DNA of 53,535 nucleotides from Geodermatophilaceae bacterium. GTDB lineage: Bacteria; Actinomycetota; Actinomycetes; Mycobacteriales; Geodermatophilaceae. The stretch lies in assembly GCA_013695665.1 (NCBI GenBank), contig JACDAB010000176.1, forward strand, positions 1-53,535, read 5' to 3'. A program made the position numbers and the translations under genes. This document shows positions 1 through 9,355 of this stretch, in pieces. Numbering within the stretch: position 1 is the first letter of the stretch; every line of letters starts with the position of its first letter. The notes beneath the pieces were generated by a model. The model saw only the letters and a program-made list of their open reading frames with translations, had not been told where the DNA came from and ran no database searches.

Positions 1-539
1 GTCGCCTTCTTTGCCGGCTCGCCGGGGCTCGAACTGTCCGGCCCGGCGGTCTGCGCCACTGCCTGCTCAGCCGTCGATGCCGTTCCCGGGATGGGCTCGG
101 CCGCCACGGCGGCTGCCTTGCGGGCGCGGCTGCGGGTCGCTGCGGGCGGAGCGCTCCCCGGTTCGGTCGCAGGAGTCGTCGAGGGTGACTCCGCCGCAGG
201 GGCGGTGCTCGCCTTGACTGACTTTGCCGCTTTCGTCGGCTTCTTCGCGGCCTTTGTGGCTTTCGTGGCTTTCGTGGCTTTCGCGACGGCACCATTCCCG
301 GCCGCCGACAGATCTGGCTCCGGCGCCTCTGCGGCCGCTGCGCGTTTACGTCCGCGAGCGGGTGCTCGGGGTGCAGCGGCCGGCTCGGCGAGGACACTCG
401 GTTGGTCGGTATCGGCTGGCTGGGTCGGTGCGCGCCGGGTCCGGCGCCGCGTCCCGGGAGGTGGTGCGGTGTCTTGGGTAGGACGGTCGGCGGGGACCTC
501 GGTGATCCCTCGGCCGTCATCAGGCTCGGTGTCGAGCAT
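1..539 (-). CDS. rne: Ribonuclease E/G-family protein, N-terminal low-complexity region only (gene runs off the left edge)
   Basis: Absent from the ORF track because no stop lies in the window. Manual minus-strand translation from ATG at 539 (GGAG 4 nt upstream) is open to position 1: MLDTEPDDGRGITEVPADRPTQDTAPPPGTRRRTRRAP...AVAKATKATKATKAAKKPTKAAKSVKAS... The Lys/Ala/Pro/Arg-rich disordered N-terminus and the position downstream of the TIGR03960/TIGR03936 pair and ndk fit the actinobacterial rne locus. The catalytic domain is not visible, so the call rests on synteny and composition. Confidence 0.5.
   Translation of the reverse strand, partial: MLDTEPDDGRGITEVPADRPTQDTAPPPGTRRRTRRAPTQPADTDQPSVLAEPAAAPRAPARGRKRAAAAEAPEPDLSAAGNGAVAKATKATKATKAAKKPTKAAKSVKASTAPAAESPSTTPATEPGSAPPAATRSRARKAAAVAAEPIPGTASTAEQAVAQTAGPDSSSPGEPAKKA
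256..282. repeat. Perfect 9-bp tandem repeat (gtggctttc x3), encoding KAT-KAT-KAT on the minus strand inside the rne N-terminal region
   Basis: Read directly: gtggctttc gtggctttc gtggctttc at 256-282, preceded by a degenerate copy. Confidence 0.9.
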
Positions 540-722
540 GGTTCTCCATTTCGGCCCTGCGGAACGCGGACCTGATCCTCAGGTCAGCATCCGCACGCAG
601 GGCGCGGTTTGGCGGGTCCCCGGCTCACGCTGCGATGAGCGCCATGCCGGTGCCCGCAAAGTCTGTGGGCGCCGAGCGCGGGCGGTGGTGCGCCTGCGTA
701 CGGCGGCAATGCCGACAACGTG

Positions 723-1535
723 CTAGCGCTGCGCCCCGGCGATATCGGGCGCACCCTCCCTGGCAGCGAGAGCGCCCGCGCGGTCGGACGCGAGCGGGTC
801 GGTGAGCTGCCCCGACTCGTCAAGCCGTCCCTGCGCCAACCTCGTCGCCCTAGCGGGCGCGGTGGGCACACAGGCGGCGACGGCGGCCAAAGCGGCGATC
901 ACGTCGTCGGGTCGAACGGCGGGAGTGACCTGCCGGACGACCGCCCCGAGTATGGCACAGCGGCCATCAGCGGCGGCCGGCCCTGTGTCGGCCACCGTTG
1001 CGTCGGAGACCACGAGCGACACCACGGCTGCCCTGGCGTCGATGGTGCGGCGCCCGTTCTTCGTCGGTCGCTCGACCAGGATTTCGGTGGCGGCAAGGAA
1101 TTTCGCCACTGCCTCGCCCACCGAGGGCGCGGCCAGGCCCGGCAGCATGATCTCCCAGTGGCTGGCGTCGATCCGGTCCGCGAGGGTTCCCCCGCCAACC
1201 GGCACGCACTCCTCGATGTCAAGCCCCGGCGGCAGGCAGGCATCCAGGGCCTCCCGGACCGCGTCGGGGTCCATCGCTCTGGCGAGGCCGATCTCCAGGT
1301 ACTCCGCCTCACTGGCGACACCGGTCGGAGCCGCCCCGTGATACGAGATCTTGGGGTGCGGTGAGAATCCGGCGGAGTAGCCCATCGGGATGGCCGCCCG
1401 CCGCAGGGCCCGCTCGAAGGCGCGCGCAAAGTCGCGGTGTGAGGTGAACCGCAGCCGTCCGCGCTTGGCATAGCGCAGCCGCAACCGCGCCACGACCGGT
1501 GGCGGGGGCGGCCGGTCGGGCTGGCGCGCACTCAC
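723..1535 (-). CDS. TIGR03936-family radical SAM-associated protein (DUF2344)
   Basis: 270-aa ORF with a GTG start. The N-terminus RLRLRYAKRGRLRFTSHRDFARAFERALRRAAIPMGYSAGFSPHPKISY is characteristic of DUF2344/TIGR03936. It lies immediately downstream of its usual TIGR03960 partner. Confidence 0.85.
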   Translation of the reverse strand: MSARQPDRPPPPPVVARLRLRYAKRGRLRFTSHRDFARAFERALRRAAIPMGYSAGFSPHPKISYHGAAPTGVASEAEYLEIGLARAMDPDAVREALDACLPPGLDIEECVPVGGGTLADRIDASHWEIMLPGLAAPSVGEAVAKFLAATEILVERPTKNGRRTIDARAAVVSLVVSDATVADTGPAAADGRCAILGAVVRQVTPAVRPDDVIAALAAVAACVPTAPARATRLAQGRLDESGQLTDPLASDRAGALAAREGAPDIAGAQR

Positions 1536-1672
1536 CGGGCTGACATGGGTTCGAGCCAGCGGCCGACGACCTGCGACATCCCGTCCTGCTCGGCGGCCAG
1601 ATCGGACGTCAACCGGGCCCAGTTCACCGCCGAGAGGGTCCGCGTCAGACTGACGTGAGGCTCGTGGATCAC
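1532..1672 (-). CDS. Candidate 46-codon micro-ORF bridging the two radical-SAM-system genes
   Basis: Its GTG start at 1672-1670 overlaps the TGA stop of the upstream gene (GTGA). Its own TGA at 1534-1532 overlaps the GTG start of the downstream gene (GTGA). Peptide: VIHEPHVSLTRTLSAVNWARLTSDLAAEQDGMSQVVGRWLEPMSAR. By hand count 41 of 46 codons end in G/C, which is coding-like for this genome. No family recognised. Confidence 0.35.
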   Translation of the reverse strand: MIHEPHVSLTRTLSAVNWARLTSDLAAEQDGMSQVVGRWLEPMSAR

Positions 1673-3612
1673 TGCGTGGGCGCGACCGGGGTCAGCGGTA
1701 GCAGGGTGCGGCCGGTCGGACCGACCTGGATGTCGGTGCCCATTCCTGGACACACCCCGCAGTCGTAGCAGGGGGTCCAGCGGCAGTCCTCGACCTCGGT
1801 CTCGTCCAATGCGTCCTGCCAATCCGACCACAGCCACTCCTTGTCCAGTCCGGAGTCGAGATGGTCCCAGGGCAGCACCTCGTGCTCGGTCCGCTCCCGG
1901 ACCGTGTACCAGTCCACGTTCACGCCGTACGCCGGAAGCACGTCCGAGCAGGCGCCGATCCAGCGGTCGTAGGAGAAGTGCTCGCTCCAGCCGTCGAAAC
2001 GGCCGCCGGCGCGCCACACCGCCTCGATCACCCGGCCGACCCGACGGTCGCCGCGCGAGAGCAGCCCTTCGATGATCCCCGGCTTTCCGTCGTGATAGCG
2101 GACACCGATGGCCCGGCCGAGGCTCCGGTCCGCGCTGATCGCCGTCCGGAGCAGGCGCAGCCGGTGGTCGATGGTCTCGGCGCTGGCCTGGGCGGCCCAC
2201 TGGAACGGTGTGTGCGGTTTGGGCACGAATCCGCCGATGGACACCGTGCAGCGGATGTCTCGATGACCGGCGGCCTCCCGACCGGCTCGAATCACGTCCT
2301 TGGCCATGTCGGCGATCTCGAGCACGTCCGCATCGGTCTCGGTAGGCAGGCCGCACATGAAGTACAGCTTCACCTGGCGCCAGCCGTTGGCGTAGGCGGT
2401 GCTGACCGTCCTGATCAGGTCCTCTTTGGACACCATCTTGTTGATCACCGCGCGCAACCGCTCGCTGCCACCCTCCGGGGCAAAGGTGAGGCCCGAACGC
2501 CGCCCGTTGCGCGAGAGCTCGTTCGCGAGGGTGACGTTGAACGCATCGACACGGGTCGACGGCAGCGACAACGACGTGTTGGTGCCCTCGTACCGATCGG
2601 CGAGGCCCTTGGCGATGTCCTCGATCTCGGAGTGGTCCGCACTGGACAGCGACAGCAGCCCGACCTCCTCGAAGCCGGTCGAGCGCAGGCCACGATCGAC
2701 CATCTCGCCGATCCCGGTGATCGAGCGCTCGCGCACCGGACGGGTGATCATCCCGGCCTGGCAGAACCGGCACCCCCGGGTGCAGCCACGAAAGATCTCC
2801 ACACTCATCCGCTCGTGGACGCTCTCGGCCAGCGGGACCAGGGGTTGCTTCGGGTACGGCCAGTCGTCGAGGTCCATGACGGTCCGCTTCTGCACGCGGA
2901 AGGGGACATCCGCACGGTTGGGCACCACGCGGTGGATCCGGCCGTCGGGCAGGTAGTCGACGTCGTAGAAGCGGGGGACGTAGACCCCGCCGGTGCGAGC
3001 CAGCCGGAGCAACAGCTCGGTGCGTCCGCCGGGGCGGCCCTGCGCCTTCCACTCCTTGACCAGGTCGGTGATCTCCAGGACCGCCTGCTCACCGTCGCCG
3101 AGCACGGCGGCGTCGATGAACTCCGAGATCGGTTCGGGGTTGAACGCTGCGTGACCGCCGGCCAGCACGATCGGGTGGGCCTCGGTGCGGTCTGCGCTGT
3201 GCAACGGGATCCCGGCCAGGTCCAGCGCCTCGAGAAGGTTCGTGTAGCCGAGTTCAGTCGCGAAGCTGACGCCGAGGACGTCGAACGCCGCCACCGGCCG
3301 GTGCGCGTCCACGGTGAACTGCCCGATTCCATGCTCCCGCATCAACATTGCGAGGTCCGGCCAGACCGCATACGTGCGCTCCGCCAACGCATCTGTGCGC
3401 TCGTTGATGACCTCGTAGAGGATCATCACGCCCTGGTTGGGCAGCCACACCTCGTAGGCGTCCGGATACATCAGCGCCCAGTGCACGTCGACTGAGTCCC
3501 AGTCCTTCACGGTGGCGTTGAGCTCTCCCCCGACGTACTGGATCGGCTTGGCGACGCGGGGCAGCAACGATTCGAGCCGCGGGAACAGGGATTGCGGTGA
3601 GGTGACAGTCAT
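1669..3612 (-). CDS. TIGR03960-family B12-binding-domain radical SAM protein
   Basis: 647-aa ORF. It carries the radical SAM CxxxCxxC motif FRGCTRGCRFCQAG and has the length and organisation typical of the actinobacterial TIGR03960 protein paired with TIGR03936. Confidence 0.9.
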   Translation of the reverse strand: MTVTSPQSLFPRLESLLPRVAKPIQYVGGELNATVKDWDSVDVHWALMYPDAYEVWLPNQGVMILYEVINERTDALAERTYAVWPDLAMLMREHGIGQFTVDAHRPVAAFDVLGVSFATELGYTNLLEALDLAGIPLHSADRTEAHPIVLAGGHAAFNPEPISEFIDAAVLGDGEQAVLEITDLVKEWKAQGRPGGRTELLLRLARTGGVYVPRFYDVDYLPDGRIHRVVPNRADVPFRVQKRTVMDLDDWPYPKQPLVPLAESVHERMSVEIFRGCTRGCRFCQAGMITRPVRERSITGIGEMVDRGLRSTGFEEVGLLSLSSADHSEIEDIAKGLADRYEGTNTSLSLPSTRVDAFNVTLANELSRNGRRSGLTFAPEGGSERLRAVINKMVSKEDLIRTVSTAYANGWRQVKLYFMCGLPTETDADVLEIADMAKDVIRAGREAAGHRDIRCTVSIGGFVPKPHTPFQWAAQASAETIDHRLRLLRTAISADRSLGRAIGVRYHDGKPGIIEGLLSRGDRRVGRVIEAVWRAGGRFDGWSEHFSYDRWIGACSDVLPAYGVNVDWYTVRERTEHEVLPWDHLDSGLDKEWLWSDWQDALDETEVEDCRWTPCYDCGVCPGMGTDIQVGPTGRTLLPLTPVAPTQ

Positions 3613-3645
3613 GGCCGCTCCAGGGTAGCGCCGGCTCAGGTTGCC

Positions 3646-3810
3646 TCAGGTCAGCAGCAGCTGCTCCAGGCGCGCGGCGGCGATCCGCAGGCCGTTCAGG
3701 CCCATCACCACCAGGTAGGCGACATGCACGAACAGCGTGCCGTCGACCAGACCGGTCGTCAGGCCGCGGATCAGTTCCACCGCGTGGTAGAGCGGCGTGC
3801 ACACGACAAC
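3646..3810 (-). pseudogene. C-terminal remnant of an ABC-2-type (NodJ-like) transporter permease
   Basis: The last ~54 codons of ORF 3646..4113 read VVVCTPLYHAVELIRGLTTGLVDGTLFVHVAYLVVMGLNGLRIAAARLEQLLLT. This resembles ABC-2 permease C-termini (TPLYHGVEL.RGL...H..YL motif). It occupies the ndk/radical-SAM intergenic space. The upstream part of that ORF overlaps ndk and is not credible. Confidence 0.35.
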
Positions 3811-3832
3811 GGCTTGGCGATTCGCGGCGTCC

Positions 3833-4240
3833 TCACAGTGCCGGGAAGAACAAACCGATCTCCCGGATGGCCGACTCGGCCGAATCCGAGCCGTGGACGA
3901 TGTTGTTCTGTACGGCGAGGGCGTAGTCGCCCCTGATGCTGCCGGTCCCGGCCGCCACCGGGTCGGTGGCACCGGCCAGCTGACGGAACGCGCTGACGGC
4001 GCGGGGGCCTTCGGCGACCAGTGCCACGAGCGGACCGGAGGTGATGAAGTCGACCAGGTCTGCGAAGAACGGCTTTTCCGTGTGCTCGGCGTAGTGCTGC
4101 TGCGCCGTCTCACGCTCCAGGGTCCGCAGCTCCAGCGCCACCAGAGTCATCCCCTTGCCTTCGATCCGTGAGATGACCTCGCCGACGAGTCCACGGCCGA
4201 CGCCATCGGGCTTGACCAGGATCAGGGTGCGCTCGGACAC
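3833..4240 (-). CDS. ndk: Nucleoside-diphosphate kinase
   Basis: The 135 aa from GTG at 4240 (GGAGAA upstream) read [30 protein letters not shown]...[21 protein letters not shown], a full-length canonical NDK match. The longer ORF to 4729 is an artefactual extension. Confidence 0.95.
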   Translation of the reverse strand: MSERTLILVKPDGVGRGLVGEVISRIEGKGMTLVALELRTLERETAQQHYAEHTEKPFFADLVDFITSGPLVALVAEGPRAVSAFRQLAGATDPVAAGTGSIRGDYALAVQNNIVHGSDSAESAIREIGLFFPAL

Positions 4241-4275
4241 GGATTCTCCAACGGGTCGGACGGCGGGACCTGAGC

Positions 4276-4653
4276 CTATCCGCCCTCGGGAGGCGGACCC
4301 GGTCGCCTGTCTCGCAACTCGCGCTGCACCCGGATGGTGTAGAGCCAGATGGCCCCGAAAACCGCGCCGAGCACGAACATCGCAGGCTCGATGAAACCGG
4401 TCGCGATGAACGCAAGCTGCCCCACGGAACCGGCCGCGAAGCCCCACGTTCGCCGCTGCATCCCTGCGAGTACGACGAGCGCGGCGGCCAGCCCCAGCGT
4501 GGTGGCGAGGGTGACACCGCTCAGACCGCCGCCCTGGGCCACGGTGCGCGGGACCAGGAGCAGGGTCAGTCCCTCCAATGCGAGCGTGGCGGCGTACACA
4601 CCGGACATCACCTTGTCGATCCGGGCCCGTTCGGGGCTCGCGGCCGTGCTCAC
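4276..4653 (-). CDS. DUF4233 family membrane protein
   Basis: 125-aa multi-TM protein sitting between folC and ndk, as in other actinobacteria (Rv2446c position). Its start overlaps the folC stop by 4 nt. Confidence 0.8.
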   Translation of the reverse strand: MSTAASPERARIDKVMSGVYAATLALEGLTLLLVPRTVAQGGGLSGVTLATTLGLAAALVVLAGMQRRTWGFAAGSVGQLAFIATGFIEPAMFVLGAVFGAIWLYTIRVQRELRDRRPGPPPEGG

Positions 4654-5999
4654 GACGAGCCGCCCAGCAGGAGCCTGGCCTCCCCCGCCGTGACCACGGA
4701 ACCGGTGACCAGGATGCCGCTGCCTCCATAGGCCTCCACGTCCTCCTCGGCCAGGCGCACGGCGGTGTCGATCGCGTCGTCCAGACGCACCTCGACGGTC
4801 ACCCGATCGGCACCGAACACCTCGACGGCGATGGCGGCCAGCTCATCAGGGGACAACGCACGCGGCGAGGAGTTGGCGGTGGCAACGAGTTGCTCGGCCA
4901 CCGGCTCGAGCACCTCCAGCATCCGGCGGACGTCCTTGTCCGCCATGCAGGCGACCACCACGACCAGCCGCCGGAAGTCGAATGCCTCCTGGACAGCTGC
5001 CACGGTAGCCCGCATGCCAGCCGGATTGTGGGTGGCGTCGACCAGGATCGTCGGAGCGCTGCGGACTGCCTCGAGGCGACCGGGCGCACGAACACTGGCG
5101 AAGGCAGCGCGCACGGTGTCGATGTCGACCCGGCCGCGGGCGCCGGCTCCGAAGAACGCCTCGACCGCGGCCAGCGCGACGGCTGCATTCTGCGCCTGGT
5201 GCGCGCCGTGCAGCGGAAGGAACACCTCGTCGTAGCTGCCTCCGAGGCCCTGCACGGCGATCAGCTGCCCGCCAACGGCGATCCGCCGCTCGACCAGGCC
5301 GAACTCCGTCCCCTCACGGGCCACGGTGGCATCCACCTCGACCGAGCGCCGCAGCAACCGATCCAGTGCGTCGGGCGGCTGGTCGGCGAGCACCGCGGTC
5401 GCACCGGGCTTGATTATCCCGGCCTTCTCCGCAGCGATGGAGCCGACGTCATCACCGAGGTAGTTGGTGTGATCGAGCGCGATCGGTGTGATGACCGCGA
5501 TCTGGGCGTCGGCGACCGACGTACTGTCCCATCGACCACCCATCCCGACCTCCACCACCGCGACGTCGACGGGAGCGTCGGCGAAGGCGACGTAGCCCAG
5601 TGCCGTGAGCACCTCGAAGTAGGACAGCGGGATCGGCTGCCCGGAGTCGACGATCGCCAGGTACGGCGCGACGTCGTCGTACACCTCCGCGAGCCGGGCG
5701 GCGGTCACGGGGGCGCCCTCGATGCTGATGCGCTCGGTGATGGAGGCGAGATGCGGACTCGTGAACCGGCCGACGCGCAGCCCGAACCCGCGCAGCAGCT
5801 GGTCGACCATCCGCGCCGTGGACGTCTTGCCGTTCGTGCCCGTGATCTGGATGACCGGATACCCCGACTGTGGGTCCCCGAGAACGTCCATCAACGCCGC
5901 GATCCGGGTGAGGGACGGTTCCAGTCTGGTTTCAGGCCAGCGCGGGCGGAGTTCAGCCTCGACCCGGGCGAGCTCGTCGTCGGGCGCGGTGGCGGTCAT
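4650..5999 (-). CDS. folC: Bifunctional folylpolyglutamate synthase / dihydrofolate synthase
   Basis: 449 aa from ATG at 5999 ([17 protein letters not shown]...). Mur-ligase P-loop [10 protein letters not shown] and the FolC-type body are present. The ORF-track start at 6128 is probably an extension. Confidence 0.9.
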   Translation of the reverse strand: MTATAPDDELARVEAELRPRWPETRLEPSLTRIAALMDVLGDPQSGYPVIQITGTNGKTSTARMVDQLLRGFGLRVGRFTSPHLASITERISIEGAPVTAARLAEVYDDVAPYLAIVDSGQPIPLSYFEVLTALGYVAFADAPVDVAVVEVGMGGRWDSTSVADAQIAVITPIALDHTNYLGDDVGSIAAEKAGIIKPGATAVLADQPPDALDRLLRRSVEVDATVAREGTEFGLVERRIAVGGQLIAVQGLGGSYDEVFLPLHGAHQAQNAAVALAAVEAFFGAGARGRVDIDTVRAAFASVRAPGRLEAVRSAPTILVDATHNPAGMRATVAAVQEAFDFRRLVVVVACMADKDVRRMLEVLEPVAEQLVATANSSPRALSPDELAAIAVEVFGADRVTVEVRLDDAIDTAVRLAEEDVEAYGGSGILVTGSVVTAGEARLLLGGSS

Positions 6000-6146
6000 C
6001 CCGGCGATGCTACGGAGGCCGCGGGACCGGCCAGGGATCCCGCCTACCGAAACCCACGAAGGTGCGGCCAGGTCGCTATCCACAGGGCAACCGCGCCCGC
6101 TCGACCCACAGCAGGGACGTGGGCACAATGGCGACCAGGAGGAACC

Positions 6147-6425
6147 ATGTCGGACGCCTTCGCGTGGACCGTGTTCGGCACCATGCCCGCGATCCTGGTC
6201 GCCGTGGTGGCGATGCTCGGTGTGGCGCTATTCCGGTTGACCGATCGCATTGACGGCATTATCGCGATCCTCGGCGGGCGCATCGACTCCCTGAGCGGGC
6301 GCATCGACGAACTCAGCGGCGCCTTGAGCGCCCGCATCGACAACGTCGATACGCGGATGGACGGACTGGCGAGGATGGTCATTGCACAGGGAGACCGGCT
6401 CGACAAACGCATCGAGGCCCTGTAG
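6147..6425 (+). CDS. Small membrane-anchored coiled-coil protein (hypothetical)
   Basis: ATG at 6147 with AGGAGG 5 nt upstream. The 92-aa product is MSDAFAWTVFGTMPAILVAVVAMLGVALF (one TM) followed by a repetitive GRIDSLSGRIDELSGALSARIDNVDTRMDGL heptad-like tail. It is the only credible part of ORF 4578..6425. Confidence 0.6.
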   Translation: MSDAFAWTVFGTMPAILVAVVAMLGVALFRLTDRIDGIIAILGGRIDSLSGRIDELSGALSARIDNVDTRMDGLARMVIAQGDRLDKRIEAL

Positions 6426-6444
6426 TCGGAACGTGTCCGCGCCG

Positions 6445-7728
6445 TCAGGCGGACTTCTCGCGTCGCTCCCGCTTCGGCAGCTCGCGCGGCACGATCGTCG
6501 GATTGACGCGGTCCAGGACGACCTCACCGGTGATGACAACCCGTGCCACGTCCGAGCGGCTGGGCACCTCGTACATCACCGACAGCAGGACTTCCTCCAT
6601 GATCGCGCGAAGCCCGCGCGCTCCGGTGCCGCGCAGGATCGCCTGGTCGGCGATTGCCTCAAGGGCGTCACCGGTGAACTCCAGCTCCACGTTGTCCAAC
6701 TCGAACAGCCGCTGGTACTGCCGCACAAGGGCGTTCCTCGGCTCGGTCAGGATCGCGATGAGCGCTTGGCGGTCCAGTTTGGTCACGCTCGTGACCACGG
6801 GGACCCGCCCGACGAACTCGGGAATCATCCCGAACTTGAGAAGATCCTCAGGGAGCACTTCGGCGAACACATCGGTGGCGTCCACATCGGCTTTACCGCG
6901 GATCTCCGCACCGAAACCGATGCCCTGCTTGCCGATCCTGGCCTCCACGATCCGCTCGAGGCCCGCGAAGGCACCCCCGACGATGAACAGAACGTTCGTG
7001 GTGTCGATCTGGATGAACTCCTGGTGCGGGTGCTTGCGCCCGCCCTGCGGCGGCACGGAGGCCGTGGTCCCCTCCAGGATCTTCAGCAGGGCCTGCTGGA
7101 CGCCTTCGCCGGACACGTCACGGGTGATGGAGGGGTTCTCGCTCTTCCGGGCGATCTTGTCGACCTCGTCGATGTAGATGATCCCGGTCTCGGCCCGCTT
7201 GACGTCATAGTCTGCGGCCTGGATGAGCTTGAGCAGGATGTTCTCCACGTCCTCCCCGACATAACCGGCTTCGGTGAGCGCGGTCGCGTCGGCGATGGCG
7301 AACGGGACGTTCAGCAATTTGGCCAGGGTCTGGGCGAGGTGGGTCTTGCCGCAACCGGTCGGGCCGATGAGCAGGATGTTGGACTTGGCCAACTCCACGT
7401 AATCCGCCGCGGAACCGCGCGGCCCATCGGTGCCCGCTTCGACCCGCTTGTAGTGGTTGTAGACGGCCACTGCGAGGGTCTTCTTCGCCGATTCCTGACC
7501 GATGACGTACTGCTCAAGGAAGTCGAAGATCTCCGTCGGCTTGGGCAACTCGTCGAACTTGACGTCGGAGGTGTCGGACAACTCCTCCTCGATGATCTCG
7601 TTGCACAGATCGATGCACTCGTCACAGATGTAGACGCCAGGTCCCGCAATGAGCTTCTTGACCTGCTTCTGCGACTTGCCGCAGAACGAGCACTTGAGCA
7701 GGTCACCGCCGTCGCCGATGCGAGCCAC
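6445..7728 (-). CDS. clpX: ATP-dependent Clp protease ATP-binding subunit ClpX
   Basis: 427 aa with a GTG start. Features: N-terminal zinc finger CSFCGKS...CDECI, Walker A GPTGCGKT, and ClpX-like sequence along the full length. Confidence 0.97.
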   Translation of the reverse strand: MARIGDGGDLLKCSFCGKSQKQVKKLIAGPGVYICDECIDLCNEIIEEELSDTSDVKFDELPKPTEIFDFLEQYVIGQESAKKTLAVAVYNHYKRVEAGTDGPRGSAADYVELAKSNILLIGPTGCGKTHLAQTLAKLLNVPFAIADATALTEAGYVGEDVENILLKLIQAADYDVKRAETGIIYIDEVDKIARKSENPSITRDVSGEGVQQALLKILEGTTASVPPQGGRKHPHQEFIQIDTTNVLFIVGGAFAGLERIVEARIGKQGIGFGAEIRGKADVDATDVFAEVLPEDLLKFGMIPEFVGRVPVVTSVTKLDRQALIAILTEPRNALVRQYQRLFELDNVELEFTGDALEAIADQAILRGTGARGLRAIMEEVLLSVMYEVPSRSDVARVVITGEVVLDRVNPTIVPRELPKRERREKSA

Positions 7729-7854
7729 CTACGACCCTCTCTCTCGCCGCAGCGGGGTGGGCACCCCACTGCGTCCGGATGACGTTACCGGCTTGGAGCC
7801 GGGTTGCACCCCTATTGGGCAGCCGTGTTGGCCCCCGCACCGCCAGCCCACGGC

Positions 7855-8511
7855 TCAGGCCGGTACGGCGTTGAGCTTGCGGCTCTCGATCACATTGTCG
7901 ACCAGGCCGTAGGCCTTGGCCTCCTCGGCGCCGAAGATCTTGTCACGTTCGATGTCAGTGCGGATGGTCTCCTCGGACTGGCCGGTGTGCCGGGCCAGGA
8001 TCTTCTCCATCTGGTGGCGCACCCGCTGGATCTCATCGGCCTGGATCTCCAGGTCCGACAGCGAACCGCTGCCCTCGCCCGACGGTTGGTGGATGAGGAT
8101 GCGCGAATACGGCAGCGCCATCCGCTTGCCCGGCGTACCTGCGGCCAGGATCACTGCCGCCGCCGAGGCGGCCTGCCCCATGACCACGGTCTGGATGTCG
8201 GGCCGGACGAACATCATCGTGTCGTAGATGGCGGTCAGCGCGGTGAACGAGCCGCCGGGTGAGTTGATGTACATGATGATGTCGCGGTCGGGATCGGTGG
8301 ACTCCAGGCAGATCAACTGGGCCATGACGTCGTTCGCCGAGGCGTCGTCGACCTGCACGCCGAGGAAGATGATCCGCTCCTCGAAGAGCTTGTTGTAGGG
8401 ATTGGACTCCTTCATGCCGTAGCTGGTGCGCTCGACGAAGGAGGGCAGCACGTAGCGGCTGTCGTGCCGGGTGCTCTGCGGCGTACTGCCGGGGGTATAG
8501 AGCTTGCTCAC
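7855..8511 (-). CDS. clpP2: ATP-dependent Clp protease proteolytic subunit ClpP2
   Basis: 218 aa with a GTG start and AAGGA SD. The segment [47 protein letters not shown] closely matches mycobacterial ClpP2. Confidence 0.95.
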   Translation of the reverse strand: MSKLYTPGSTPQSTRHDSRYVLPSFVERTSYGMKESNPYNKLFEERIIFLGVQVDDASANDVMAQLICLESTDPDRDIIMYINSPGGSFTALTAIYDTMMFVRPDIQTVVMGQAASAAAVILAAGTPGKRMALPYSRILIHQPSGEGSGSLSDLEIQADEIQRVRHQMEKILARHTGQSEETIRTDIERDKIFGAEEAKAYGLVDNVIESRKLNAVPA

Positions 8512-8543
8512 GTCGTGTCCTTTGCGGGTGGTCGGCGATGCGG

Positions 8544-9152
8544 TCAGCTGGTCTTGGCGGCGGGGTTGTCATCCTTGTCGGGCACCTGCCGGGCCCGGGC
8601 GACCACATGATCGACGAAGCCGTACTCCAGCGCCTGCTGGGCGGTGAACCAGCGGTCGCGGTCGGAGTCCTTCGTGATCTGTTCCACTGACTTACCGGTG
8701 TGCTCGGCGGTCAGCTGCGCCATCTCAAGCTTGCTCTGCCGGAACAGATCCGCCTGGATCGCGATATCCGAGGCCGTGCCGCCGATGCCGGCCGAACCCT
8801 GGTGCATGAGGATCCGGGCGTGCGGAAGGGCGTAACGCTTGCCCTTGGTCCCGGCCGACAGCAGGAACTGACCCATGGACGCGGCCAGGCCCATGGCGTA
8901 GGTGGCCACATCACACTCGATGAACTGCATCGTGTCGAAAATGGCCATTCCCGCGGTCACCGAGCCGCCGGGTGAGTTGATGTAGAGGTTGATGTCGCGG
9001 CCAGGCTCCTCAGCAGCAAGCAGCAACATCTGCGCGCACAGCTGGTTGGCGATCTCATCGCCCACCTGGGAGCCCAGGAAAACGATCCGCTCGCGGAGCA
9101 GCCGCTCGTAGACGGAGTCACCGAGATTCATCCCGGCAACGGCGGCCCGCAT
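8544..9152 (-). CDS. clpP1: ATP-dependent Clp protease proteolytic subunit ClpP1
   Basis: The core [53 protein letters not shown]...ILMHQ is canonical ClpP1. Start is uncertain (ATG 9152, ATG 9131 or GTG 9221). The ORF-track extension to 9452 overlaps tig and is rejected. Confidence 0.9.
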   Translation of the reverse strand: MRAAVAGMNLGDSVYERLLRERIVFLGSQVGDEIANQLCAQMLLLAAEEPGRDINLYINSPGGSVTAGMAIFDTMQFIECDVATYAMGLAASMGQFLLSAGTKGKRYALPHARILMHQGSAGIGGTASDIAIQADLFRQSKLEMAQLTAEHTGKSVEQITKDSDRDRWFTAQQALEYGFVDHVVARARQVPDKDDNPAAKTS

Positions 9153-9355
9153 GTAGGGCGTCGACGGAGTCCTCAGCACCGGCTGGATATCGGCGGTGAC
9201 CTGATGGACCGACTGGCTCACCGGTCGATAGAAAGAACTGGGGGTGCTCACAACACACCTGCCTTCACGCTGTGGGATCGCAGTTCGGGAATTAGAGAGG
9301 ACCGTGCTGCCGACACTAACCGTCGGCACCGACAAGGAAGTCCCTCGCGAAGGGG

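Noticed and set aside
91-726. Plus-strand ORFs 11..217, 91..726 and 224..481 (the last with a WLSWLSWLS repeat)
   Set aside because: They are antisense to the rne N-terminal coding region. The WLS repeat is simply the reverse reading of the KAT 9-bp tandem repeat.
1861-3495. 544-aa plus-strand ORF, with similar very long ORFs at 6382..7782 (+), 17426..19069 (-), 26923..28452 (-), 28370..29539 (-), 49243..51357 (+), 51167..52663 (+), 42124..42921 (+) and many others
   Set aside because: These are shadow ORFs typical of high-G+C DNA. Each lies antisense to a gene with an unambiguous family match (radical SAM, clpX, pepN, MFS/glbO, GH13, carboxylase subunits). Their translations are Arg/Pro/Gly/His-rich with no recognisable motifs.
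4241-4729. Upstream extension of the ndk ORF (3833..4729), and similar extensions of clpP1 (to 9452), amidase (to 21724), thioesterase (to 31817), ettA (to 33288), folC (to 6128), MscS (from 25253), MFS (from 26503) and POP (from 23496)
   Set aside because: The extensions overlap neighbouring genuine genes or tRNAs, are low-complexity, and exceed family N-termini. Internal starts with SD motifs reproduce the canonical N-termini.
4578-6146. N-terminal ~520 codons of ORF 4578..6425 (+)
   Set aside because: This part is antisense to folC and DUF4233. Only the last 92 codons, from ATG 6147 with its own AGGAGG, form a credible gene.
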